Positions 12,404 through 24,528 of a stretch of DNA of 64,000 bases are shown here, piece after piece. How positions within the stretch are numbered: the first letter of the stretch is position 1; every line of letters begins with the position of its first letter. Where the stretch lies: positions 166,044,780 through 166,108,779 of the forward strand of contig NC_068981.1 in the NCBI RefSeq assembly GCF_001194135.2, given 5' to 3'. Source of the stretch: Octopus bimaculoides. Lineage: Eukaryota. Made by a program: the position numbers and the translations under genes. The notes beneath the pieces were generated by a model. It made no database searches. It saw only the letters and a program-made list of their open reading frames with translations, and had not been told where the DNA came from.

Positions 12404-12983
12404 TTAAACCTTTAGCATTCAGATTACTCTGTTAGATGCAATGCTTATTTATTCACATTGTTTTGAATTAATCATGGAGTGAGTGGCTGTGTGGTAAGTA
12501 GCTTGCTTACCAACCACATGGTTCTGGGTTCAGTCCCACTGCGTGGCACCTTGGGCAAGTGTCTTTTACTATAGCCTCGGGCCGACCAAAGCCTTGTGAG
12601 TGGATTTGGTAGACGGAAACTGAAAGAAGCCCGTCGTATATATGTATATATATATATGTTTGTGTGTCTGTGTTTGTCCCCCCAGCATCGCTTGACAACC
12701 GATGCTGGTGTGTTTACGTCCCCGTAACTTAGCAGTTCAGCAAAAGAGAATGATAGAATAAGTACTAGGCTGACAAAGAATAAGTCCTGGGGTCGATTTG
12801 CTCGACTAAAGGTGGTGCTCCAGCATGGCCACAGTCAAATGACTGGAACAAGTAAAAGAGTATCTTATAGTTTCAAGATTTCATTGATGTTATTACTTCT
12901 TTTTTAGAATGACATGGTAGGGTGGGTGTGAATCTGGCCATTTTGAACAGAAAATGTAGCCAGTTTAAAAGCTAAAGAGTTAA
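12404..12983 (+). mobile_element. piggyBac-type (TTAA) MITE interrupted by a SINE
   Basis: ttaa-acctttagcattcagattactct ... aaaagctaaagag-ttaa; same family as 39713 and 55557. Confidence 0.7.
12481..12860 (+). mobile_element. Full-length tRNA-derived CORE-type SINE
   Basis: A-box-like gtggctgtgtggtaa, B-box-like gggttcagtccc, CORE-like gcaccttgggcaagtgtctt, internal (TA/TG) tract, ends gaaacaagtaaaagag-like. Decayed + copies at about 13042-13405, 16402-16797, 17805-18120, 42366-42530, 44098-44260. Confidence 0.88.
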
Positions 12984-13857
12984 CATACCCAATAATAGAA
13001 TATGTTGAAATAACTAAATTTGCATTATCTTATTCAACTATGGACAGGCATAACTATATGATTAAGAAGCTTACTTTGTGACCATGTAGTTTTGAGTTCA
13101 GTCCCACTGTGCAGTACCTTGGATAGTCCTAGGATGACCAATACTTTGTGAAGGCATTTGGTTGCTGAAAATTGTGTGAACTGTCTGGAAGCCTATCATT
13201 GTGTGTGTGTGTACCCCCCACCTCTACTTGCCAACCAGTGTAGTTTGTTTACATCCCTGTAACTCAACAGCTCAGCAAAAGTGACAGACAGAATAAGTAC
13301 CAGATTTAAAAAATAAGTACTGGGGTCAATTTATAAAACTAAAGACCCTTCAACATGGTGCTCCAGAATGGCTGCAGTTCAATGATTAAAAGACATAAAA
13401 GAAGACAAAAGACCAAAAAAACTAACATTTTCATAATGCATATTTTTTTCTCATGACATCGTAATTAATTCTTCTTAATTGTTTTCAGCTCATTAAATAA
13501 TTGACCTTTAACTTCTCATGGCCTATTCATTTATTGACCTTAACTGCTGCTATATAAAGTCTTGTTTTGTCAAAGAGCCAAAGCCAATTATACCTTATTG
13601 ACTGCAATCTGCAATAAATAAATAGTATTAAAAACCAGAAATTCAGTAGCTACAATATATTAGAATAGCTAAACCTGTCATTATATAACACCAAACATTA
13701 TCATAAACTTAAGACTTCATGAGAATTTCTCACTCTAAAACTTAACAAAGTTTTCTTATTCACAGACATTTCTCACAGATATATATATAAACTTGGCAAA
13801 GCGACAAATGAAGATTATGCTTTTAACAAATTACTACTACTACTACTACTACTACTA

Positions 13858-13894
<37 letters not shown>

Positions 13895-14002
13895 CATGCG
13901 CAATAAAGTAGGGTATCATTGACCTTGTCCTAAGTATGCAAACAAAAGACTTTGATAATTAATGATAATTAATTTCTTTTTCATATAATGGTAATGATAA
14001 TG

Positions 14003-14350
14003 GTTTCACATTTTAGCACAAGGCCAGTAATTTTAGAGGAGGGATAAGTTAAATTATTTTATTGATCCCGAAAGGATGAAAGAGCAAAGTCGACCTTGGT
14101 AGAATTTGAACTCAGAACTTAAAGCCGAAAGAAATGTCGCTAAACATTTTGCCCAGTGTGCTAACAATTCTAAATAATAATAATAATAATAATAATCCTT
14201 TCTATTTGAGGCACAAATCCCGAAAACTGGTATTTATTTTATCAACCCCAAAAGGATGAAAGGCAAAATTGTCCTTGGTGAAATTTGAACTCAGAACGTA
14301 AAGACAAAATGTATCTAAGCATTTTCTCTGGCATCCTAACAATTCTAACT
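14003..14350 (-). mobile_element. Two tandem minus-strand SINEs of the 31240 family
   Basis: ccgaaaggatgaaa...gtcgacctt...atttgaactcagaac repeated twice with (AAT)n spacers. Confidence 0.8.
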
Positions 14351-14352
14351 TC

Positions 14353-14384
<32 letters not shown>

Positions 14385-14854
14385 GTCAGTAAACATAGCA
14401 GTACATTTGTTTTCAAGGTTAGTTAATAAATATTTATGCACAGCATATATTAAAAACTCAAGATATATTTAAAGTAGATAAACTACAGGTTTTTGATGTG
14501 AAACTTTAAGCCGATGTAAATGCACCTTACTGTTTCTTTCATATACAGAAAGATATAGCAAATTGTCCTGATATATGTTTCATAGTTCATTGACCACTCA
14601 TCAAAGGACAAGTACCCTCTCGTCCTTCTACCTATGAAGAGGATTTATAGCTTACTATTTAAATCAAACATAGACCAGAACTTTGCTGTAATGGCAATAT
14701 TAATTTACATGCCATATATTTATCAATAGCATGATTAATTAGCAAATGTTTATGCACAATGCAACCTGTATTAGAAACCTAAGATAAATTTTAAGTAGTT
14801 TACATGTGTGTGTGTGTGTGAGCACACATTCATTAGTATATATTACATTAAGTA

Positions 14855-15375
14855 CTGGGTGATTGAAATGTAACTCCCTATTTTAAAATACTTATTAATT
14901 ATTTATTAATTGTAATTTTTACAAAATAATGGATATGAGAAGAAAGCTTTTAGTATGAGGTTTTATTTAAAATTCGGTATGGGCTCCAGATGTTGCCATC
15001 AGCTTCTTGAGTCAACTGATTTTACCAGGAATTCTTGTGGGATGAAAGACATAACTTCTCATATTCACCCTTCAAGTTCTTCCAAAGTCTTTGGTTTGGT
15101 TCAACAGGCTCGTTCCTTTAACCAACCCCAAAGAAAGAAATCACAAAGTGTTAAGTCAGGGCTTCTGGTTAGCCACTCATGTGGACCACAATGACCCATC
15201 CATCTCCTGGGGAAGTGGGCATTCAGCCATTCACAAATGACAAGTGCAAAATGTGGAGGGGCGTCATCTTGCATGGAAATCAAATCTTCAATATTCTCCC
15301 AAGCACTGATAACTGGCCAGATCTCATCTTGCAGCATAGTGAGGTACCATAGGTAGTTACTTTTCAGTCACCCTG
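14855..15375 (-). mobile_element. Internally deleted Tc1/mariner (maT-like) transposon with both TIRs
   Basis: TA-flanked 25 bp TIRs (21/25 match); remnant QDDAPPHF...RSPDLTLCDFFLWGWLK. Confidence 0.88.
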
Positions 15376-18300
15376 TATATGTTGTATGAAGTCCTTGTTA
15401 TATGCTTGGATTTAGCTAATGTGCTTTTAATGTTCCACAAGGAAAATCTGAATCCCCTTCAAATTTCAAAATAATTCTATTTAATCAAATTCAAGACTTA
15501 GTCTTTGTGAACTTCTTTCACTATTTTGTTAAACTTGAACTTTTTGACAAATGAAGATAAAAATAGAAATTAAAGTAATAAAAGAGTCAAAAGCAGTCAT
15601 TTTAAAAAGTAATTTGGAAAAATTTTAGGAAAACAAAGCATTTGCTTTCTCAAATTCTCACAAACCCTCCTATAGCCCCCACTCTTTTCCAAAAGTACAA
15701 GAAATTGAGTTGTTTTGTCAAGAAATATTTTTCTATCATTACACATCTTTTACAGTTCAATTTTGGCTGTGTTTTCATTTCCAAGTGCTTCCGCAAGAAC
15801 AAAGCACATAGTGGTTATTTTGTTTGTATTTCTATATATTCCACTCAACCCAGAGTGAGAGTTCAATTCTGCTCAAAATTTAAAACTGTGTTAAGTAGAA
15901 AACAACAAATGTAACTAAACCAAAGTAAACAATATTTTTAGACCAACAGCTTTAATATTACGTTTATGAATTTGGCAAAAAAAATAATAAACGACCATCC
16001 TGAAATATAACAATAACTTTATTAATGTATTTCATTGTCTTTATTTTCTGAATCCAAATCCCACTTATGTTAACTTTGTCTTGCATTCTTTCTAGGAGTA
16101 ATAATCAACAAAATAAGAAATAGTCAAGTACTGGTATCAGTTAAATGCTTGTTCCCAGCAACAAGTTACAGTTGTGCCCTATGTTGGAAACCAGCTATTT
16201 TCCTTATTTGCTCTGTTGCTTCACCAAATTCTGGAATCTTTAGATTCATTTAAGCCGTATTCCTAGCAGTAAGCATTTTTTAATTCCTCTCCAGGTCTTT
16301 AACTACTTTGGAGGATTTTTAGCAGAAAAGAAATCAGTTTCTTTTCTTTTTTTTTCTTTTGTAATACTAGAGTGTCTCATGAAGGGCAGAGCTTTATTCA
16401 TAGGCACAGGTGTTGTTGTATGCTTAAGAAGCTTTCTTCCCAAACATGTGGGTCATGGGTTCAGTCCCTCTGTGCAGTGCTTTGGGCAAGTGTCTTCTAT
16501 TATAGCTTGAGGTCAACCAATTCTTTTAAATTCCTTATAGGTGGATTAGGTAGATGGAAATTGAAAGGAACCCACTGTGTGGGTGTGTGCACGCGAGAGC
16601 TTGTACCCTATCACTGCTTGACAACCGGTGTTGATTTGTTTACATCCCTGTAACTTGGCAGTTCAGTAAAGGAGACTAACAGAATAAGTACCACGCTTAA
16701 AAAAAAAAAAAGTACTGAGGGCAATTTGTTCTACTAATCCCTTCAAGGCAGTGTCCCAGCGTGGCTGCAGTACAATGACCGAAACAAGTAAAAGATAGAA
16801 TATGGAGACAATGCAAGTGAGCAGTGTCAACCAATTCACCCTTCCATCTTTCATTGTTAATATAATTTTTTTTATTCTTTGCAATACATGACTCAGTCTG
16901 TGTGGCTGCGATTTATAATTGTGGAAAGAGTTGAAGTGGTAGGGGAAGGCAATGGTATGATTGCTATTTTAAGGAATAATAATGAAGCTTTTATGTTAGC
17001 TTTATGAAAAGGAAATATATTAATAAAATATTCAGTCAAACTGAAACTTTGAGAACATTGGGAAACATTAAATTAAGGAAATAAAAGGCAAAATCTCTAC
17101 TGCAACCACATACGTTCTGATTGCTTCAATTAAAATAAAATACAAGACTACGCAACTAACTTGTGTGCATATGTGCGCGTGCACACATGTAAAAAAATTC
17201 ATCCCTACATATTTTACTGTTAAATTTCTTCATTCCAAACCTATTTGTTTTCTGCATGCTTCTGTCTGTCCGTCTATCTGTGTGCGTGTGTGCAATTTTG
17301 AATTTGTATAACTTTAGTTCTGTATGTGAATTAATCTCTAAATAGAATCAGTGAAAGAATTCAAGAATTCATTACATTTTTTAAATAGATTTATTCTCAA
17401 GATTGTAAATTTTCAACATGTCCACCGCATTACTTATGCAAATGGTATTGCAATTCTGAAGTTCTAGAACTGTCTTGCAGTTGATTTTCAGTTGCACCTT
17501 GAATAAAATAAGTCATTTTAGCCTTGCAATGCAAGTCATCTATAGAATGAGGTTTAGTTTAGTAAACAGTAATCTTTACATATCTCCATAAAATAAAGTT
17601 GAAAGTAATTAATTTTGTTTTATTTAATAATAAACATACATTTTTGATTTATCGACAATGAAGTAGCTGATCCACTATTTTATTTTTTAATTGCCATGTA
17701 CAGATTAGATAGAATTGTTTTTATCATGACCCTGTATATTATGAAGGAAACAAAGTTTAAATACGTAAAATGTGTATGCAGATGCAATGTTCATATAGAA
17801 AGTACATGGTTCTGTGTTGTTAAGAAGTTTGCTTCACATTCACATTGTCTCAGGTTCAGTTTGACTGTGTAGTACTTTGGGAAAGAGTCTTCTACTGTAG
17901 CCTTGGGCCAATCATTGCTTTGTAAGTGAATTTGCTTGGAAGAAAGTGTGGAAGCCCATCGTGCATATGTTTTTGTGTGTTTATGTCTTGTTACTTATTG
18001 GTGTGGTAAATGGAAAATAACATCAGGTTTAAGTATGTCCTGGAGTCAATATGAACATCTAAAACGCCTAAGGTGATATCCTAGCATAGCTGCAATTTAA
18101 CAAGTGAAACAAGTGAAAGAATATTTGAAAGAGAATCAAAAGTTATTTGTTGGTTACTCATCTTTAGTACTCTTCCTTACTGGTTTCTGTGTGTCTGCAT
18201 CAAAACTAAATTTAACAATGTAAAATACATAAATTTTTCTACATAGACACAATACCTGAAATATGCAGATGTAGACAACCAACAATATCAACCTCAGTAC

Positions 18301-19491
18301 TCAATTGTAGTTTATATTATCAACATGGGAAGGGTGAAAGGAAAAGTTATGCTTTGCCAGGTTTTAACTCAGAATGTAAAGAGCCCACAACTATCTCAAG
18401 ACATTTTGTCCTCTGACCTAATGGTTCTGCCAATCCATCACCCTAAACTATGTAAACTATGTATTAATTTCAAGCTTGGGGAGAAGAGGTAGAATGGCCC
18501 TGTACTTGACGGGTATTTGTATTCAATGACTGAAACTAAGCCAATCCTGATGGGATTTTAAGTTTGAAACTAAAGGAGCTGTGACCAAAAGCTGCAAGAC
18601 ATTGTCATTTTGTTTAAGGTTGTAATGTTTCGGCTATCTACTGCTGCAAAAAACATAATAAAAACCATACTAAGTGATATCAGCGATCTTCATGGAAGTA
18701 AAAACTTGCTTGAGTTCCCTATAGGAATCATTCCACTTATTGTTTAGCCATAGGTCAATCCTGTTTGAGCAAACATATAATCAGAGGTGTTCCTTCTACG
18801 ACCATTCTCACTTTTTTTTTTTTTTTGGCATAGTTTATCTAAGGCTACAGTGTCTAATGTGTTCTTGCTTTTCTAAAAGAGTAGGTAAGCTATATTATCA
18901 GCTATTTCTGGGTGGTTGAGTGACCATATGAAGGTTCTCTGTTACAAATTGGAATCTACTTGATCAGACCAGCTCTTGGGCAATGCTAACCTTCTTAAAA
19001 TCACAAGTATTGTAATTTTCATTATCTTTCGTCGTCTTTCACCAAAATCATAGATTTCAATGCAAATAATTCAACTATAATCATCATAGAAGAATGGGTA
19101 GGCTATGTCTGTCTTGTTAAAACAGTCTTCTTCAGTATTGACCAAACAATTTACTGGGTTACTGATATTGAGCATTACTTGTTTATAATAAGCATGTCCA
19201 TGAAAGGAATACTGTATTGATTGAATAAATTGAAATCTCTTTCACTATTTATGTCTCATCTGTTGCTATGAGATTTAATGTATTCATCGTAAATTAGTAA
19301 CCGCATGTGGAATTATTCTTTTGTTATGCCTAAATATTACTGGATGTCTAATAAAACAAGTTCCCCCCCCCCCTCAATTGTATTTCATATTTCTTCGTTA
19401 TCATGCTTATCACTAGGGAAGAATAAAATTAATCTCTGTACAGAAGGCTGATGATAAATTGCTTGAATGTGTGTGTGTGTATGTATATATA

Positions 19492-19903
19492 GGTGGAGGC
19501 ACAATGGCCCAGTGGTTAGGGCAGCGGACTCGCAGTCATAGGATTGCGGTTTCGATTCCCAGACCAGGCGTTGTGAGTGTTTATTGAGCGAAAACACCTA
19601 AAGCTCCACGAGGCTCCGGTAGGGGATGGTGGCGAACCCTGCTGTACTCTTTCACCACAACTTTCTCTCACTCTTACTTCCTGTTTCTGTTGTGCCTGTA
19701 ATTCAAAGGGTGAGCCTTGTCACACTGTGTCATGCTGAATATCCCCGAGAACTACGTTAAGNNNNNNNNNNNNNACTATGTTAAGGGTACACGTGTCTGT
19801 GGAGTGCTCAGCCACTTGCACGTTAATTTCACGAGCAGGCTGTTCCATTGATCTGATCAACTGGAACCCTCGACGTCGTAAGCGACGGAGTGCCAACAAC
19901 AAC
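19492..19903 (+). mobile_element. tRNA-derived SINE with (AAC)n tail, near full length
   Basis: Head ggcacaatggcccagtggttagggcagcggact...ggtttcgattccc; ends gacggagtgccaacaacaac; contains a 13-N gap. Confidence 0.88.
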
Positions 19904-19951
<48 letters not shown>

Positions 19952-20338
19952 GTATATATATGTATATATATGTATATAGTAGAGGCTTGTGAGTTACTGT
20001 GTTGCATTCATGAGTGTAAGATTGTGGTTTAGATTCCTGGACCATGTGATGCATTGTGTTCTTAAGCAAACCGCGCTTCATTTCATGTTGCTCCAGTCCG
20101 TTCGCTTTGCAAAAATGAGTAATCCTGCAATGGACTGGCATCCTGTCCAGGTGCATTATATTTTAGAATAGTGGATTCTCAAAAGCACACACAAAGCCAC
20201 AAATTATATCCAACTCAATATTTACATGCTATTATTTATAGCTTTGTGTATATTTTAAGAATCCAGTATTCCAAAAAATAATTGTGTGTGTGTGTGATGG
20301 TTTTTGATAAGCAACATTGATTTTTACAATTCTGTAAA

Positions 20339-20579
20339 TAATAATAGTATTTTATAAGCTTAAAGCTTATAAGCAATCATCGTGCAATGACTAAAGAAAA
20401 TAGTCTAATAATGGGGCATATAAGCCCTCTGCTGAAAAAAGTAGGTTTTCTTGTCCCATGCATACAGGAAGATCTTTTTTCCATCGAGGGTTTATATGCT
20501 CCATTATTAGACTATTTCCTTTTGTCATTGCATGGTGATCGTTTCTAAACTTTAAGCTTATAAAATACTATTGTTATTA
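20339..20579. mobile_element. Palindromic MITE, ~100 bp arms
   Basis: 20339-20441 is the reverse complement of 20474-20579 at roughly 85-90% identity. Confidence 0.85.
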
Positions 20580-20770
20580 TATATATATAATATAGAAACT
20601 GGTTTTCAACTGTCTAGTTAATCATATGTGTACACTTTCCTAGTGTCAGATTAGACTTGTTGATAAAATTACTGAGCATAGTTGTGTGAACCACACAATA
20701 TCTTGAAACTTTTTTGTGTGATCATGATTTGAGAGGAGTTTTGTAAAATATGTTACTTTATATCTTAGTA

Positions 20771-21613
20771 TGTGATCTGATCAATAAGTATCCAGGCTTT
20801 TGCCATAGTAATGAAACTAAAGCACGCAGAGTGAAGCTGCTTGGCACAGATTGACCATGAACTCCGCTGTGCACGTGCACTAAGTTTTAACGTTCTAGAT
20901 CACTTCTACTGTTTACAGCAGTGCTTGGAAGGAACATGTGTAGCATGTGATCATCACATTGACCATGACAGAGAAAGTTGAGCAGAGAGTCTGCATCAAA
21001 TTTTGTCAAGAGGCCTAAGCAAAGTTTTCAAAAAGTTTTCATCGTTCTAGACACAGTGTCTTTTTGGTCAGCTGAAAGCAGTTTTGGCACAAACTTGACA
21101 GACATGCATCTCATACCCAAATCTTCAGTGATAATAGACTGAACTGAACCGTAACTAATCTGCACATCCTCTGATAACTCACAGATGGTGATTTGATGNN
21201 NNNNNNNNAACCGTAACTAATCTGCACATCCTCTGATAACTCACAGATGGTGATTTGATGATTTTTCCCTCCATGCTGCAAGCACATCTGCAATGTCTTT
21301 CTCAGTTCTGCTGGTTGCGTGTCTCTCAGAATGTTCCTCAATATTGACATTTTTTCAGCCATCTTGGAAATGACCGAACCACTCATCACTCCTCTCCATA
21401 CACTTTCTGCAACTTTGCGCAGGCCTCTGAGCAGGTATCACCATGACAACTTTTCTGTTATGGTCAATGTGACAATCACACGCTACACACTTTCCTTCCA
21501 AGCACTGCTGTAAACAGCAGAGTTCAAGGTCAATTTTTGTCAAGCAGCTTCACTCTATATGCTTTAGCTTCATTACTATGGCAACAGTCCGAATACTTAT
21601 TGATCAAACCTCA
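20771..21613. mobile_element. Mariner derivative carrying two 5' ends (fold-back)
   Basis: TA-flanked. Left arm encodes MTEKVEQRVCIKFCQ on +; right arm is the same 5' end on minus and continues to a KFVPKLL motif. Confidence 0.85.
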
Positions 21614-22021
21614 TATATATTATGCTGAAATCTTTTTGAAATGAAATATTTTTCATCAAAATTTTAAGTTAGATAAGAACACTTTTGTATGGGTGGTCTT
21701 AAAAGAAGTTTGTATTAAAAACGTACAGCACATGTGAATTCATAGTCTATTAGTGTTTCTGTGTGCATTTGTACATGTTTGAATATATTCTTATATCTAT
21801 GTGTCCTTGTTTTCCATTGTCTGACATGTATCCCTGAACATATTTCAATATTTGCAATTGAATGAATTAGTTTGATGAAATTCATACCTCAATGGAAATA
21901 CTTAGATGCAATTCATACTTCAGTGTATTATTGGAAAACACAATACTTCCACATGTTTTACATTTTTTTCATATACATACATATATATTTATTTATTTAT
22001 TTGTTTATTTTCTATTTACAG

Positions 22022-22075
22022 AGGTTAAGAACTGAAAACAGATTGCTACGGCAGCGGATAGAAAACTTGGAAAAG
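22022..22075 (+). CDS. EVI5: EVI5-like exon E1 (RLRTENRLLRQRIENLEK)
   Basis: ttctatttacag acceptor, AAG|GTTATT donor, 54 nt; matches the recalled vertebrate EVI5 motif RLRTENRLLKQRIETLEK. Confidence 0.93.
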
Positions 22076-22774
22076 GTTATTATTACTTTACCATTCTTCT
22101 CCAAATAATATTCATTATTACATTTTGTGTGTGTGTGTGTGTGTGTTGTTTGTACACAAATAGGTCACTGTAAACAGTGTAGTGGCTATTACTTCAGGCA
22201 GTTGTAACAGTGGTTGTAGATTGTTATTTTTAGAATAGGTCAACAGAATCAGTAGAGTAGCAGGCAAAATATGCCTTTCTCAGAATTACTTTTATCCTTT
22301 TATTTTCTAATTTTGAATCCTGCTGTGGTCAGTTATACTCCCCCCCCCCCCTATTGTCCTTCCAAGGTTAATCAAGGTTATATTAGAAGACACTTCAGCA
22401 AGTGTCTTAAACTATACCCTTGGACTGAACAATGACTTGTGAATAAAATTGCAAGATAAGAATTCTATGAAAGCTTGTCATGTGTGTGTGTGTTTGTGCG
22501 CATGTGTGCACAATTATTATCTACATACTTTTGTACTGACACTGGTTAAACAACATTGTTGTTATATTTACGTCTCCTGTAAATGGTACATCCTCTAACT
22601 TGTCTGTTTTGCTATGTGAGAACCAGTGAAATAAAGTACCTTATTTGAAAATAAGTATAGGTAACAGGAAGGCCATCAAGCTGTAGAATATTGCTTCAAG
22701 ACATTTCCAAACCATGCCAGCATGGGAAAAGTGGATGTAAAAAGTGATGAAGGGTTATATTTTGTTATTTTCAG

Positions 22775-22945
22775 GAATCAGCATCTCTGGCAGATAAGTT
22801 GATCCAAGACCAAGTAACTCGAGCTCAGGAAGCTGAAGAAACTTTTATACTGAAAAACCAATTGGCATCAGGAAAGCAACTGTTACTTGAAACACAAAGG
22901 AAATTACAAGAAGCAGAGAAATTAATTGCAGAGATAAAGGAGCGT
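22775..22945 (+). CDS. EVI5: EVI5-like exon E2 (ESASLADKLIQDQVTRAQEAEE...IAEIKER)
   Basis: ttattttcag acceptor, GTAAGT donor, 171 nt; matches EVI5 ESASLADRLIQGQVTRAQEAEE. Confidence 0.95.
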
Positions 22946-23041
22946 GTAAGTATTCTTTTTTTTTTTTCACCCCTCATTATTTATACACATATAAATACTT
23001 TTATTCATTATTCACTCCACCTTAAATTTCTTCATACACCC

Positions 23042-23240
23042 TTAAACACTTCTACAAATGCTTGGCCTCCCAAAATGCATGGTAGTACATTTGTCCACAG
23101 CCAGCTTGAGTTGCCAGTCTATGATCCTTTGTTGCATTGTGTCCAGGTCTGATTGTAGGGAAGATCTATAGTGTTCAGGATCAGTCCTTTTTATCTCATG
23201 GTACAGCATGATGTCATCTGCAGCCTTCAGCACTGTAAAG
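23042..23240 (-). mobile_element. CR1/L2-type LINE reverse-transcriptase fragment
   Basis: ADDIMLYHEI...SLQSDLDTMQQRIIDWQLKLAVDKCTTMHFG resembles RT motifs 5-7. Confidence 0.8.
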
Positions 23241-23616
23241 ATTTAGCCCTCCTAACTGAGGCTTAGTGTATCATAGTTAACACAAAGAAATGTATCCAGC
23301 TACAAAATTTCCTCCACTAGTTCGACACACTCCAGTATATTATTATATTTAGCCAACTTGGGAGCTTGGAGAAACATGCATTCAAACAAAGTAATAGCGG
23401 TGTTAGCTGTGGTGGTATTAACTGCATTGATGGTGATATTGACTATGTTTGCATCAGTGCTGACTGTGTTGGGAGTAGGGCTGGATGTGTTGGTGGCAAT
23501 GATTAAATATTTTTCAGATCTGTCTCCCAGCAGAAAGACTTGTTTTGTTCTTACGTTCCATCATTTGTAAATTTCAAACTTTAATTTCATTATAAAATAT
23601 TAAAAAAGTTCATATT

Positions 23617-23664
<48 letters not shown>

Positions 23665-23665
<1 letters not shown>

Positions 23666-24025
23666 TAGTGGGCCTCCCGGCCTTCAGCCCAGTCTGTACA
23701 GTAACATTTACAGAATTTCAGTATATACAATGTTTTAAACTTTTTTCTTTGGAGCATATATGAAGAGTTTCTGTGGGCTTCCTACTCTAGAACAACCTAC
23801 ATACAAATGACCATGTGAGAAACAGCCCTCTTCCAAATGGAGCCTGACAACCTGCACTATTTGACCTTGGGACTTGTTAATGGTCAATGCGTAACTGACT
23901 CTCAGTGGGAATTGCAATCGATTTGAAACAGGGGACACCTGTTGGTATTAGTCGTATTCTAGGTATAAATACAATATCTGTCTTATCACATCCAGTGAAG
24001 ATTTTTGCTTCAATAATGATCAAAG
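23665..24025 (-). mobile_element. Helitron 3' terminus with PIF1-like helicase remnant
   Basis: IEAKIFTG..DIVFIPRI, RLQFPLRVSYALTINKSQGQ, FSHGHLYVGCSRV, then NIVYTEIL* after one in-frame stop; GC-rich hairpin remnant at 23676-23692; terminal CTAG|T at 23668-23664. Confidence 0.92.
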
Positions 24026-24372
24026 TAATTTGAATGACATGGAAAACCTGAAATATTATCAATTTTATTTAGTGTTTTCAGTGGTCAGCATACAAAAAAA
24101 CAAGCTTTGCTTTTTATAAGGATATATAGATTTTACGATCAAATACTATGTGGATTGCTAGAAATAGGAGCCAATACACTACCAACTCACCCCATCAATC
24201 CGTTTTCAGAAAATAAATGCACAGTTATCTGTGGAATAGTCAGATTAATTTAAATGACATGTAAAACCTGAAATATTATCAGTTTTATTTAGTGTTTTCA
24301 GCAGTCAACAAAGAAACAAACTTTATGTTTTATAAGGATAGAGATCTATCTATGTACTTTTCTTGCTTTCAG

Positions 24373-24528
24373 ACTGAATCAATCAATGTAGCCACTGTAC
24401 TTGATGATAAGATTGCTCAGCATCTAGTGCAGCAGCTACAAGAAGAGCTGATATCAGTGCGGTTAAAAGATAATGAAACAGCTGCTGTGATTAAAGATAT
24501 GAAAGTTAAAATCAAAGAACTTGAAGAT
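24373..24528 (+). CDS. EVI5: EVI5-like exon E3 (TESINV...LQEELISVRLKDNE...KELED)
   Basis: cttgctttcag acceptor, GTAAGT donor, 156 nt, open and in frame; coiled-coil repeat. Confidence 0.92.

Noticed and set aside
19492-19570. tRNA gene (also the head at 12481)
   Set aside because: A/B boxes are present but there is no acceptor-stem closure, and the sequence continues into a SINE body found in several copies.
19751-19785. 11 bp duplication actaYgttaag around a 13-N gap
   Set aside because: Looks like a contig-overlap artefact; not duplicated in the 52074 copy.
21147-21260. Perfect 52 bp direct repeat inside the mariner
   Set aside because: The copies abut a 10-N gap on both sides, typical of an unmerged contig overlap.
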